64,000 nucleotides of DNA, from IMG/VR virus record IMGVR_UViG_3300042691_007361, positions 42,796 to 106,795 of that record. One strand, 5' to 3'. The position numbers and the translations under genes were made by a program. Positions 1 through 8,252 of the stretch are shown here, piece by piece. Numbering within the stretch: the stretch's first letter is position 1; the number at the start of each line of letters is the position of its first letter. This DNA is from a virus. The notes beneath the pieces were generated by a model. It was not told the DNA's origin. It ran no database searches and saw nothing but the letters and a program-made list of their open reading frames with translations.

Positions 1-189
1 CTTACCCATGCTGAGAATCACTCTGTAAGTGATGCAATGGTGAATCGTTTAGTTAAACTTACTACAGACTGCGATGCCTTTACTGATGATCTTAGATACT
101 ACATGGTAAAGGAGATTGTAAATGGGAATAAGAGTAAATTTGCAAAACTGATGATGAACAGTTCTGTAGTCAAAATGGCGGTTAAGTAA
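1..189 (+). CDS. 3' end of a protein truncated by the window edge (possibly an AAA+ ATPase C-terminus)
   Basis: Frame 1 is open from base 1 (LTHAENHSVS...KFAKLMMNSSVVKMAVK) to TAA at 187-189. No diagnostic motif is visible, so the ATPase guess rests only on recalled gene context. Confidence 0.55.
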   Translation, partial: LTHAENHSVSDAMVNRLVKLTTDCDAFTDDLRYYMVKEIVNGNKSKFAKLMMNSSVVKMAVK

Positions 190-244
190 GTCATTGTAAC
201 ATCATTTCCCCATAAAAGGAAAATAAATTAGATTAAGTCAAATA

Positions 245-268
245 TAAGGCGGTGTAAAAGCCGCCTTA
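245..268 (+). terminator. GC-rich intergenic hairpin (possible terminator or RNA-stability stem)
   Basis: TAAGGCGG-tgtaaaag-CCGCCTTA is a perfect 8-bp stem with only a weak U-tract. Confidence 0.5.
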
Positions 269-282
269 CTTAATTAACACAC

Positions 283-1428
283 ATGAAAGATTATTTAGTA
301 ATAAAAGTTTGGGATAGCGGAAGTTATCATATGACAGATCAGTTATCAAATTTACATATAGAAATATCTATTGATGTTCTAACAGGTGCATTTGATATGG
401 ATGCATTAAGCTTTAATATAAAGCACACGTACACTCCTGTACAAGGTGATAAGTTTTATTTCTTACCAGGAGTTACTGTACCTAGAGTAAAGCTAAAAGA
501 CCTAAATGCAACATACAAGATCAGATCTGTAAGAGATATAAACGAAGCAAATGTATTTTTTATAGGTAGTAAAACTAATGATGTTTTTACTGACTATAGT
601 TGGGAGCATAAAGTTGAAACTGAAAAGCTAAAAGAGTTTATTGTAGCAGCTCACACAAAGGGTCATATTGACCATTATTATTATCAGAAGTTTCTTGATG
701 CGGTTGAATTTTATACTAATGAAGAAATCATTATTGATTATGGTACAAAAAGACTGTTATTTGATAAAGATTTAGGTTTTCATATAAGTGACAGCAATTT
801 CTTTGGTAGTGATAAGTTTATTAAACTATCTCCAGAACAAAAGGAGTTATATGAACAAATTAAAGACAAAGAATTATATTCAGAGGAATCCATCTATGAG
901 TATATTAATGGTCCAGATGCTGTAACAATTGATCAGAATATGTTTGAGATACTCGGTGACATGTTTAAAAGTTCAGATACGGATAATCATGTATTAGCCA
1001 TGGAGATTATGGCTAACTCTGATTACAAGTCTAGCATCCTCTATCTATGTTTTCTTTTACATGACTACCACCCTACAATAGAAAACAGAAGAGAGCGTAC
1101 TCATGTTAACTTCAAGTCTCTCCTAATGTATATGGGTAGAACTACAGGTAATGTACATCTTGATAAGGATCAGATGGTAGACTTAATGATTAACAAGAAG
1201 CTTTTAACTAAAGAGTATTTCTTTGAGATGTGCAATAAGTTTAAAGGTGAGATAGATACTTATAGCAGTACCCATTTCAAAATAAAAACCGTATCTTCAA
1301 GCAAAGTAGTTGATGAGTATTTGAATGAAGAACTCATAGTACAAATCAAAGAAGATTACACTTCAGTAAAAGAAATAGCTAACATATCACAAGATGAGTT
1401 TAAAAACACAGAACTTGACATTATCTGA
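283..1428 (+). CDS. hypothetical protein (N-terminal part weakly BRCT-like)
   Basis: 381-aa ORF. The segment KFYFLPG...IRSVRDINEANVFFIG resembles the BRCT beta/alpha pattern by eye only. Confidence 0.75.
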   Translation: MKDYLVIKVWDSGSYHMTDQLSNLHIEISIDVLTGAFDMDALSFNIKHTYTPVQGDKFYFLPGVTVPRVKLKDLNATYKIRSVRDINEANVFFIGSKTNDVFTDYSWEHKVETEKLKEFIVAAHTKGHIDHYYYQKFLDAVEFYTNEEIIIDYGTKRLLFDKDLGFHISDSNFFGSDKFIKLSPEQKELYEQIKDKELYSEESIYEYINGPDAVTIDQNMFEILGDMFKSSDTDNHVLAMEIMANSDYKSSILYLCFLLHDYHPTIENRRERTHVNFKSLLMYMGRTTGNVHLDKDQMVDLMINKKLLTKEYFFEMCNKFKGEIDTYSSTHFKIKTVSSSKVVDEYLNEELIVQIKEDYTSVKEIANISQDEFKNTELDII

Positions 1429-2416
1429 AGAACTTGAAAGATTTTACTCTGAAAAGTTCTATTTTAGTTACTCAAGTATCAATAAACTTTTGTTCTCTCC
1501 AAGACTGTTCTACAGTCACTATATTCTAAACCAGAAAGAAGATAGTACAGATGCCCACCTCATAGTAGGTCGGGCACTGCACTGTCTTTTATTGGAACCG
1601 GATAAGTTTGATGAGGAGTTTGTAATGGTACCAAAGATTCCTACAGATAGTAACAGGGTTATTATTGATCATATCTTTAAGACCCACTATGAACCAATGA
1701 ATAATGATGCATTGTCACTAGAAGATTTCCCTAATGAGTTGCTGGGGCAAATGGTAGTGAACAATTTGTATCAAAGTCTCAAGACAGATCCGCAGAGACT
1801 TGAAAAATTACTTACTGATAATAACAAAGAGTATTTTAACTTTTTGAAAATCAGAGAAGGTAAAACCGTGATTGATCCTGCTGTGAAGCAGCAAGCTGAA
1901 TCAGGACTTGAAGCACTTAAAGCAAATGACAGGGTTAAAGCTTTACTTCAATTGGAACCAGATAAACCTGTGGGAATCAGTGTGTTTAATGAGCTTATGC
2001 TAAAAACAGAACTTGAGAAATATCCATTTGGTTTTAAAGGTATACTAGACAATGTAGTCATGGACGAGAACACCAAGACACTATTTATCAATGACTTAAA
2101 AACAACCAACAAATCTATTCAAACCTTCCCTGAATCCGTAGCTTATTATAGATATGATATTCAGGCAACAATGTATGTTGGGCTTGCCTATGAGAAGTTT
2201 CTCAAAGATAGGCCTGATGCTAATGAATGGACAGTTGTGTTCACATTCATTGTGATTGATAAGCACAACCAAGTGTATCCATTCCAGGTATCAAAAGAAA
2301 CGCTAGTAAATTGGGAAGAAGAATTTTCTTATGTAGTACAGCAGATAGACTATCACTATCTGAATAGAGATTTTACTCTACCTTATACACTAGCTATTGG
2401 TAATGTAACACTGTAA
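1394..2416 (+). CDS. PD-(D/E)xK exonuclease, RecE/ExoVIII-like
   Basis: Motifs FSYSSINKL, GRALHCLLLEP, FKGILD, INDLKTT and YRYDIQATMY. Confidence 0.85.
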   Translation: MSLKTQNLTLSEELERFYSEKFYFSYSSINKLLFSPRLFYSHYILNQKEDSTDAHLIVGRALHCLLLEPDKFDEEFVMVPKIPTDSNRVIIDHIFKTHYEPMNNDALSLEDFPNELLGQMVVNNLYQSLKTDPQRLEKLLTDNNKEYFNFLKIREGKTVIDPAVKQQAESGLEALKANDRVKALLQLEPDKPVGISVFNELMLKTELEKYPFGFKGILDNVVMDENTKTLFINDLKTTNKSIQTFPESVAYYRYDIQATMYVGLAYEKFLKDRPDANEWTVVFTFIVIDKHNQVYPFQVSKETLVNWEEEFSYVVQQIDYHYLNRDFTLPYTLAIGNVTL

Positions 2417-2422
2417 ATTTTT

Positions 2423-2989
2423 ATGGCAATAGACGCGCTTTATAAGGATTATTTTCAAAAGTCTAGGGTCTTTATGTATCCACTCCTAGGCATTCGCAGG
2501 GGTGCAAGTGTAATACCGGAGATAACCTATATAGGTTGGGAAGGTAACCTAACACCCGAGGATACAAAGCTGATTACTATTTATCCTAAGAGGACAGACA
2601 AAGAATATCAGAACTTTGAGAAACATGTTTTAATTAACCATTCTCGTGCTTCTGACTTTGTTGAGCTTAATGATGAACAGCTTCTGATTACATTTGATTT
2701 TTCTGATATGAAAAAAGATTGGGACCATTTTGTTAATGGTAGATACAGTCAAATGGACATAAAAATAAAGCGCAAAATCCGTGATTTCTTTGATAGAAAC
2801 AGTGCAAATTATGTATATATAGATAGTTATTTATTTCCTGAGAAGTATTTTACTCTCTATGCAGATTTGCTAAATGTCAAAGAAGACTTGTTAAAAGAAG
2901 TTGGTGAACTATGTAGTAAACCAGACCTAGAACGTGAGACTTTAGTCGCAAGTATAATCAATTTGGAAAACAAGAAAATTCTAGGTTAA
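2423..2989 (+). CDS. hypothetical protein
   Basis: 188-aa ORF tightly packed in the operon. Confidence 0.75.
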   Translation: MAIDALYKDYFQKSRVFMYPLLGIRRGASVIPEITYIGWEGNLTPEDTKLITIYPKRTDKEYQNFEKHVLINHSRASDFVELNDEQLLITFDFSDMKKDWDHFVNGRYSQMDIKIKRKIRDFFDRNSANYVYIDSYLFPEKYFTLYADLLNVKEDLLKEVGELCSKPDLERETLVASIINLENKKILG

Positions 2990-2993
2990 TTTG
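2962..2993 (+). promoter_or_regulatory. Bacteroidota-type sigma70 promoter (-33 TTTG / -7 TAnnTTTG, one mismatch)
   Basis: TTTG (2962-2965), a 20-nt spacer, then TTAATTTG (2986-2993), ending 23 nt before the ATG at 3017. Confidence 0.55.
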
Positions 2994-3016
2994 TAAAACA
3001 ATTTAAAACCAACATT

Positions 3017-3388
3017 ATGAGTAATTCAATTGGAGGCAATATGCTTCTTATCAAATCAGTTTGGAATGAGGGAGAAACATTCAAACTTCTTCCACTTTCA
3101 CTTGACTGTCCTTACATTGAGGGAATTTATGATCCAGGAGCTAAAGTTCTTGTGATGATTAGTCGTGTATCCATGAGTAAGCTTCATATGCTTCCTAAGT
3201 TAGATGACAATGGTGACCCAGCTCCACTGAAAGTAAAAAGAGCTAATGGAAGAACAGTAAAAGAAGAGAGAAAAACTGTTGAAACTTTTCAAGAATTCTA
3301 TATTGACAATGATGAAGCTATAGCATCTGTTATAGATATCTTTGCAATGAATAAGGATTTTGATTACAAGAAGTACATTACTAAGTAA
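3017..3388 (+). CDS. hypothetical protein
   Basis: 123-aa ORF with A-rich leader AAAACCAACATT. Confidence 0.75.
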   Translation: MSNSIGGNMLLIKSVWNEGETFKLLPLSLDCPYIEGIYDPGAKVLVMISRVSMSKLHMLPKLDDNGDPAPLKVKRANGRTVKEERKTVETFQEFYIDNDEAIASVIDIFAMNKDFDYKKYITK

Positions 3389-3401
3389 TAACCTGTCAAC
3401 C

Positions 3402-3443
3402 TAGACCAGTTGGGGCGGATGAGAGTCTGCCCCTTCTTGTCTA
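3402..3443 (+). terminator. hairpin with GAGA tetraloop, probable terminator
   Basis: GGGGCGGAT-GAGA-GTCTGCCCC followed by TTCTT, with an outer TAGAC/GTCTA pairing. Confidence 0.6.
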
Positions 3444-3456
3444 AAATATTTAGCTT

Positions 3457-3807
3457 ATGTATATATCAGAAAGAAAATACAAGAATGCTCTTGCTGTAAT
3501 TAATCAGTATAAAGCTCAACAAAAAGAGCTTGAGAAAAACAAAGTAAAAGAAAGCGGAATAACATTAGCTACTACACTTAAAGAACTTAAAGATAACAAT
3601 CTTATATCCCCTAAGTTGTACCGTACTTTAGAAGAAATCTATAAATGGGATTATGCATACTCAATAAATGATACTCCTCTTGAGCCATATATTGGTTTCT
3701 TTATAGAGACTAAATATGAAGATATATCTAAATGGCGTGGAATAGGTAAGACTATGAGAGATGAATTTGTATCACTAATGGCTGCCGCTGGGCATGAAGT
3801 AGTATGA
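3457..3807 (+). CDS. small protein with RNA polymerase alpha C-terminal-domain-like (HhH) region
   Basis: YIGFFIETKYEDISKWRGIGKTMRDEFVSLMAAAG aligns by eye with the alphaCTD segment [35 protein letters not shown]. The stop overlaps the polymerase start (ATGA). Confidence 0.6.
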   Translation: MYISERKYKNALAVINQYKAQQKELEKNKVKESGITLATTLKELKDNNLISPKLYRTLEEIYKWDYAYSINDTPLEPYIGFFIETKYEDISKWRGIGKTMRDEFVSLMAAAGHEVV

Positions 3808-5978
3808 GACAACATTATGTAATGGATTATGAAACACTCTCCAACTGCTTTGTTGCTGTGTTTCAAGGAGTTAAGTCAGATGACTATGAAGTATTTGTAG
3901 TACATGATTTACAGAATGATATTGATAGACTAATTAGTTTTCTTGAGGATAACATTCTTCTTGATGAATGGCACATATCATTTAATGGTCTTGGGTTTGA
4001 TAGTCAGATTACTGAGTATATCCTAAGAACACAAGACCAGCTACGGGAAATGGGTGGATGTGAGATTGCTGAGTGGTTATATGGCAAAGCACAGAACATT
4101 ATCCAAAGTCAAGATGAGAATAGGTTCTTAGAATTCAGTCCAAATGATCTGCAGATTAATCAGATTGATGTTTTTAAACTTAATCACTGGGATAATCCTG
4201 CTAAAAGAAGTTCACTAAAGTGGATTCAGTATACAATGGATTGGGCTAACATAGTTGATATGCCTATTCATCATGCTACTGAGATAACAACATTTGAGCA
4301 GATAGAACAGATAATCTATTATTGTAAGAATGATGTTAGCTCCACTAAGAAAATCATGGAGCTTAGTAAGAAACAGATTGAACTCCGCAAGAGTCTAACA
4401 GAAGAGTATAACATTAATTTGTTTAGTGCTTCTGAACCAAGGATATCTAAAGAGCTGTTCTTACATTTCTTGAGTAAGAAGACCGGTATCAAAAAGTTTG
4501 ACCTGAAGAACCTGAGAACCAAAAGAGATCAGATTGTAGTTAATGATATTATACTAGACTATGTAAGTTTCAAGACTGCTACATTCCAAAGACTCCTGGC
4601 TAAGTTTAGAGATATTGTTCTAGACCCAAAGGATACAAAAAATGGTTTTAAATACTCTATTCAATATAGAGGAGTTAAAACTGACTTTGGTCTCGGTGGT
4701 TTGCATGGTGCCTGGTCTAAGAGTAGAATATTTGAATCTAATGAAGAGATGATTATCATGACTTCAGATGTTACATCCTTCTATCCTAACTTGGCTATTA
4801 GAAACAAATGGTCACCGGCACATATTCCTAAAGAGGAATTCTGTGAGCAGTATGAGTGGTTCTTTGAAGAAAGAAAAAAGATTAGTAAGAAAGACATCAG
4901 GAATTATGTATACAAGATTATACTCAATTCAACTTATGGTTTGAGTAATGATGAAAACAGTTTCCTGTATGACCCAGAGTTTACTATGCGTATTACTATT
5001 AATGGTCAGTTATCTCTGGCTATGCTGTATGAGATGCTAACTGAGGGTATCCCGGGAGCTATTCCAATCATGCAGAATACTGATGGTCTTGAGACAATGA
5101 TACCTAGAGAGTATGAGCAGAAATATTATGACATCTGTAAAGAATGGGAACAGATAACTCAATTACAATTAGAGCATGACAAGTATCAGAGAATGATTAT
5201 TGGTGATGTAAATAATTATATTGCTGTTCATATGCCTAAAGAAGTTGACATAGATACAGCAATGGATATGAGTATGGACAACCCACACTATATTTACAGA
5301 CGTACTCCAGACGGAGTCTATAGTTATCAGGCTGTAAAGTGTAAGGGTAGATTTGAGTTTCATGATCTTGCTCTACATAAGAACAAGAGTTTCTTGGTTA
5401 TACCAAAGACTATCTTCTACTATTTTGTACACGGAATTGATCCTAAAGAGTTCCTATCTAAACAGACAAACATATTTGATTTCTGTGGTGGTAAGAAAAT
5501 CAGAGGAGATTGGAAATTTATTGAACATCTAGTAGAAAAAACTATTGATCCTAATTATTTGAATTACAGTCTTAAACAAAAAAGAGATTATCTACTATCC
5601 AATGGGTGGGAACAATCTTGGTCGGATGATAACTGGGTAAGAAGTAATTCTACTAATAAAGAAGCTAATACTGGTATAAGTACTGAAGCTGCGTTTAATC
5701 TCATTGTTCCTAAAATAGGTGGTGAGTATAAGGAATGTCCTTTGCAGCATACTATTAGGTATTATATTTCTAACAACGGATCTAAAATTATTAAGCACAA
5801 TCTAGTTGATGAAAGGTCAACTCAACTAGAAGCAGGTAAGTGGTTACAAACACTGTTTATTGATTATGTAGAAAAGGACATAAACAATTATGATTTAAAC
5901 TATGATTACTATTTAGAGAAGATTATGAAAGAGATACATAATCTTGAACCCGTCAAAAACCAATTAAGTTTATTTTAA
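3804..5978 (+). CDS. polB: family B DNA polymerase with 3'-5' exonuclease domain
   Basis: Exo motifs MDYET, SFNGLGFD and YCKND; polymerase motifs DVTSFYPN, KIILNSTYG and NTDG. Confidence 0.93.
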   Translation: MRQHYVMDYETLSNCFVAVFQGVKSDDYEVFVVHDLQNDIDRLISFLEDNILLDEWHISFNGLGFDSQITEYILRTQDQLREMGGCEIAEWLYGKAQNIIQSQDENRFLEFSPNDLQINQIDVFKLNHWDNPAKRSSLKWIQYTMDWANIVDMPIHHATEITTFEQIEQIIYYCKNDVSSTKKIMELSKKQIELRKSLTEEYNINLFSASEPRISKELFLHFLSKKTGIKKFDLKNLRTKRDQIVVNDIILDYVSFKTATFQRLLAKFRDIVLDPKDTKNGFKYSIQYRGVKTDFGLGGLHGAWSKSRIFESNEEMIIMTSDVTSFYPNLAIRNKWSPAHIPKEEFCEQYEWFFEERKKISKKDIRNYVYKIILNSTYGLSNDENSFLYDPEFTMRITINGQLSLAMLYEMLTEGIPGAIPIMQNTDGLETMIPREYEQKYYDICKEWEQITQLQLEHDKYQRMIIGDVNNYIAVHMPKEVDIDTAMDMSMDNPHYIYRRTPDGVYSYQAVKCKGRFEFHDLALHKNKSFLVIPKTIFYYFVHGIDPKEFLSKQTNIFDFCGGKKIRGDWKFIEHLVEKTIDPNYLNYSLKQKRDYLLSNGWEQSWSDDNWVRSNSTNKEANTGISTEAAFNLIVPKIGGEYKECPLQHTIRYYISNNGSKIIKHNLVDERSTQLEAGKWLQTLFIDYVEKDINNYDLNYDYYLEKIMKEIHNLEPVKNQLSLF

Positions 5979-5980
5979 TT

Positions 5981-7657
5981 ATGGCAAAGAGAATTAGAGA
6001 AGTAACAAGAGATTTTCTTAAGGCAGTTCCGCTGCCTGTACAGACTAGCAGTTATACTGTTATATCGCATGAGTCTGTTATGGACTATGTATTTACTGAG
6101 CTTGCAGCTCAAGGTTTTGGTATCCTCTCAGAGGAGTATAGATGTACATATGATGGTCTGATTGCACAAGGTATTTACAAGCTAAACTATGGTACTGATG
6201 AGGAGATGTCTCTGATGTTTGCATGGTCTAACAGCTACAATAAACAATTAAAGTTTAAATGTGTAACTGGTGGTTATGTAACAGCAAACCAAACAGTAAT
6301 GTTGTGTGGTGAGATTGGAACATGGACTCGTAAGCACACAGGTACTGCAGATGCAGATGCTATTGAGATGATTAAAACTCAGATTACTAATGCTGCTGTA
6401 TATTACAACAACCTAGTAGCTGATAAAGAAGTAATGAAGCAGATACCACTTACTACAAAGCGCCAGGCAGAGTTGCTTGGTGTATTGTTTGCAGAGTATG
6501 AATTGCTTACTACAGAGCAGGCAAGTATTGTACGCCAACAAATAGATAAGCCTAGCTTCTTCTATAATGGTGGTAAGCATACACTGTGGTCATTCTATAA
6601 TCACGTAACTCTGGCATTCCAGCAATCACATCCAAAGACATGGATGGAGGATCAGCGCATGCTTCATTGGTTTATCAGTAATGAGTTTGACCTAACAGGT
6701 AGTCCTGTTATGTCTGCTATTGTACAAGCAATGGTTGAGGTTACAGAACCTATGGTAGATCCATTGTATACTGTACCTAATCAGACTAACATCTTAGATC
6801 AAATAGCAGACTTAGAAGCAGATCAAATGGATGAAGACATTAGATATGCTAAAGTAGAAGAAGAAAGTGGAACAAATGAGGTAAAAAATGAAGAGATTTT
6901 GTACCAGTCTGAAGAAGTAGTTGAAGATGTTGTTGAAGACACAGAAGTTCCATTTGATATTGATGAGGATGATGATGCTGTGTTAGGTTCATTACTAGTT
7001 CCAATAGAGAATCCTGAGCCACCTGTTACAGTGGAAGAATATTTGGATCACAAGGAATTACTTGATGAAACTGTAGCTTATACTGACCCAGCAGGTAATG
7101 TATTTGAAGCTCCAGTAGTTCAAACTAAAGCACCACAAGAATTTATTGATGCTCTTATGAATGCACCAGAAATGGATGCTTCAGAAATTGATATGTCAAA
7201 AGTTACTTGGGTTGATGCTCCAGAAACTGTTAAGGAAGTTGAAGATAAGCCTAAACTTTCTCTTGATGATATTCTAATCAGAATACCAAATGAGGAGAAG
7301 AAAGCTGAAGCTGAGATTGCTACTGCTATTGAAAGAGTGGAGCGTAAAGAACTCAAAGAAACTCTTAAAGCAGAAGATCAAAAAGGTAAGCTACCAAGTG
7401 ATATTCAATCTAGACTAGATGCATTTAATGCTAAGAGAGAAGCTGAGTCTTCAATACTTACTCCTGAAGAAATTGAGGAAGAGTATGACCTGAAGCACAC
7501 TGATGACTATCAAGATGTGATTGAGATGAAGGCTGAAGAATCACTTGAAGTGGAAGCAGTTAATACTACTGAAAATCAACCAAGTACATTCAATGATTTT
7601 GAGTTTGACCTAGGGTCAGATGATGAAGAATTGAAGTTTGATGATGATTTTCTTTAA
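5981..7657 (+). CDS. DUF932-like N-terminal domain plus long acidic low-complexity tail
   Basis: The N-terminal ~240 aa contain YTVISH, WSNSYNK, RKHTG and TLWSFYNHVT. The remaining ~300 aa are D/E-rich and end FDDDFL. Confidence 0.65.
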   Translation: MAKRIREVTRDFLKAVPLPVQTSSYTVISHESVMDYVFTELAAQGFGILSEEYRCTYDGLIAQGIYKLNYGTDEEMSLMFAWSNSYNKQLKFKCVTGGYVTANQTVMLCGEIGTWTRKHTGTADADAIEMIKTQITNAAVYYNNLVADKEVMKQIPLTTKRQAELLGVLFAEYELLTTEQASIVRQQIDKPSFFYNGGKHTLWSFYNHVTLAFQQSHPKTWMEDQRMLHWFISNEFDLTGSPVMSAIVQAMVEVTEPMVDPLYTVPNQTNILDQIADLEADQMDEDIRYAKVEEESGTNEVKNEEILYQSEEVVEDVVEDTEVPFDIDEDDDAVLGSLLVPIENPEPPVTVEEYLDHKELLDETVAYTDPAGNVFEAPVVQTKAPQEFIDALMNAPEMDASEIDMSKVTWVDAPETVKEVEDKPKLSLDDILIRIPNEEKKAEAEIATAIERVERKELKETLKAEDQKGKLPSDIQSRLDAFNAKREAESSILTPEEIEEEYDLKHTDDYQDVIEMKAEESLEVEAVNTTENQPSTFNDFEFDLGSDDEELKFDDDFL

Positions 7658-7691
7658 GACCTTACCTCTGCATAAGGTAAGTTAAACAATG

Positions 7692-7729
7692 AAAGAGGGG
7701 GATGGCTTAGGCTGTCCCTCTTTTTTTTC
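7692..7729 (+). terminator. intrinsic terminator
   Basis: AAAGAGGGGGATGGC-TTAG-GCTGTCCCTC followed by eight Ts. A second hairpin (CTTACCT/AGGTAAG, 7661-7681) lies just upstream. Confidence 0.8.
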
Positions 7730-7737
7730 TATCTTTG
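7730..7737 (+). promoter_or_regulatory. Bacteroidota -7 promoter element
   Basis: TATCTTTG is an exact TAnnTTTG match. The -33 region is weak (TTAG, 19 nt upstream). Confidence 0.5.
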
Positions 7738-7742
7738 TGGTT

Positions 7743-7844
7743 ATGAATTATTTATACATAGGAATTTATTTAATAGTAGTCTGGGGCTGGGTAGGCTTTG
7801 AGATGTTACGTGCAAAAGGCGAAGACAATGAAAAAACAGATTGA
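7743..7844 (+). CDS. 33-aa single-pass membrane peptide (not in ORF track)
   Basis: MNYLYIGIYLIVVWGWVGFEMLRAKGEDNEKTD*. The ATG is 5 nt after the -7 element and the ORF overlaps the next gene start. Confidence 0.5.
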   Translation: MNYLYIGIYLIVVWGWVGFEMLRAKGEDNEKTD

Positions 7845-8235
7845 ATCAGTAGAACGATTTCATGAGGCATTTGGACAAAAGAATGGTAAATGGCCTCAGC
7901 ATATTGAGTTAGATCAATATGAGCTAAGACATAAACTAATGGCGGAAGAAAATGATGAATATCTAGAAGCATGTGATGCTAAAGATATTGTAGGTATAGC
8001 TGATGCATTAGGTGATCAAATGTATATTTTATGTGGGACTATTCTTAAACATGGATTACAGCACATTATAGCAGATGTATTTGATGAAATACAAGCTAGT
8101 AATATGAGTAAGTTAGGTGAAGATGGTAAGCCGGTATTAAGAGAAGATGGAAAGATTCTCAAGGGACCAGGTTACTTCAAGCCAAATCTAGAAAAGTTTT
8201 TTGTGGCAGAAGGCAAAAAGAAAGGGGAGCAATAA
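7828..8235 (+). CDS. MazG-like / PRA-PH-type NTP pyrophosphohydrolase
   Basis: Motifs FHEAFG, EENDEY, IADALGD, SNMSKL and DGKILKGP. The start is more likely the ATG at 7828 than the TTG at 7798. Confidence 0.88.
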   Translation: MKKQIESVERFHEAFGQKNGKWPQHIELDQYELRHKLMAEENDEYLEACDAKDIVGIADALGDQMYILCGTILKHGLQHIIADVFDEIQASNMSKLGEDGKPVLREDGKILKGPGYFKPNLEKFFVAEGKKKGEQ

Positions 8236-8252
8236 GCTCCCCATTTTTTTTT
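8216..8252. terminator. bidirectional intrinsic terminator between the convergent modules
   Basis: A-tract, GGGGAGC-AATAA-GCTCCCC stem-loop, then T-tract. Confidence 0.85.

Noticed and set aside
190-282. tRNA or riboswitch in the first intergenic region
   Set aside because: Hairpins are present but no cloverleaf, T-loop or recognisable aptamer. No tRNA was seen anywhere in the window.
7798-7827. Extended ORF-track starts (7798, 55386, 62660) and the internal start at 63947
   Set aside because: Downstream ATGs with A-rich leaders fit better for the first three, and the capsid frame stays open to the window edge.
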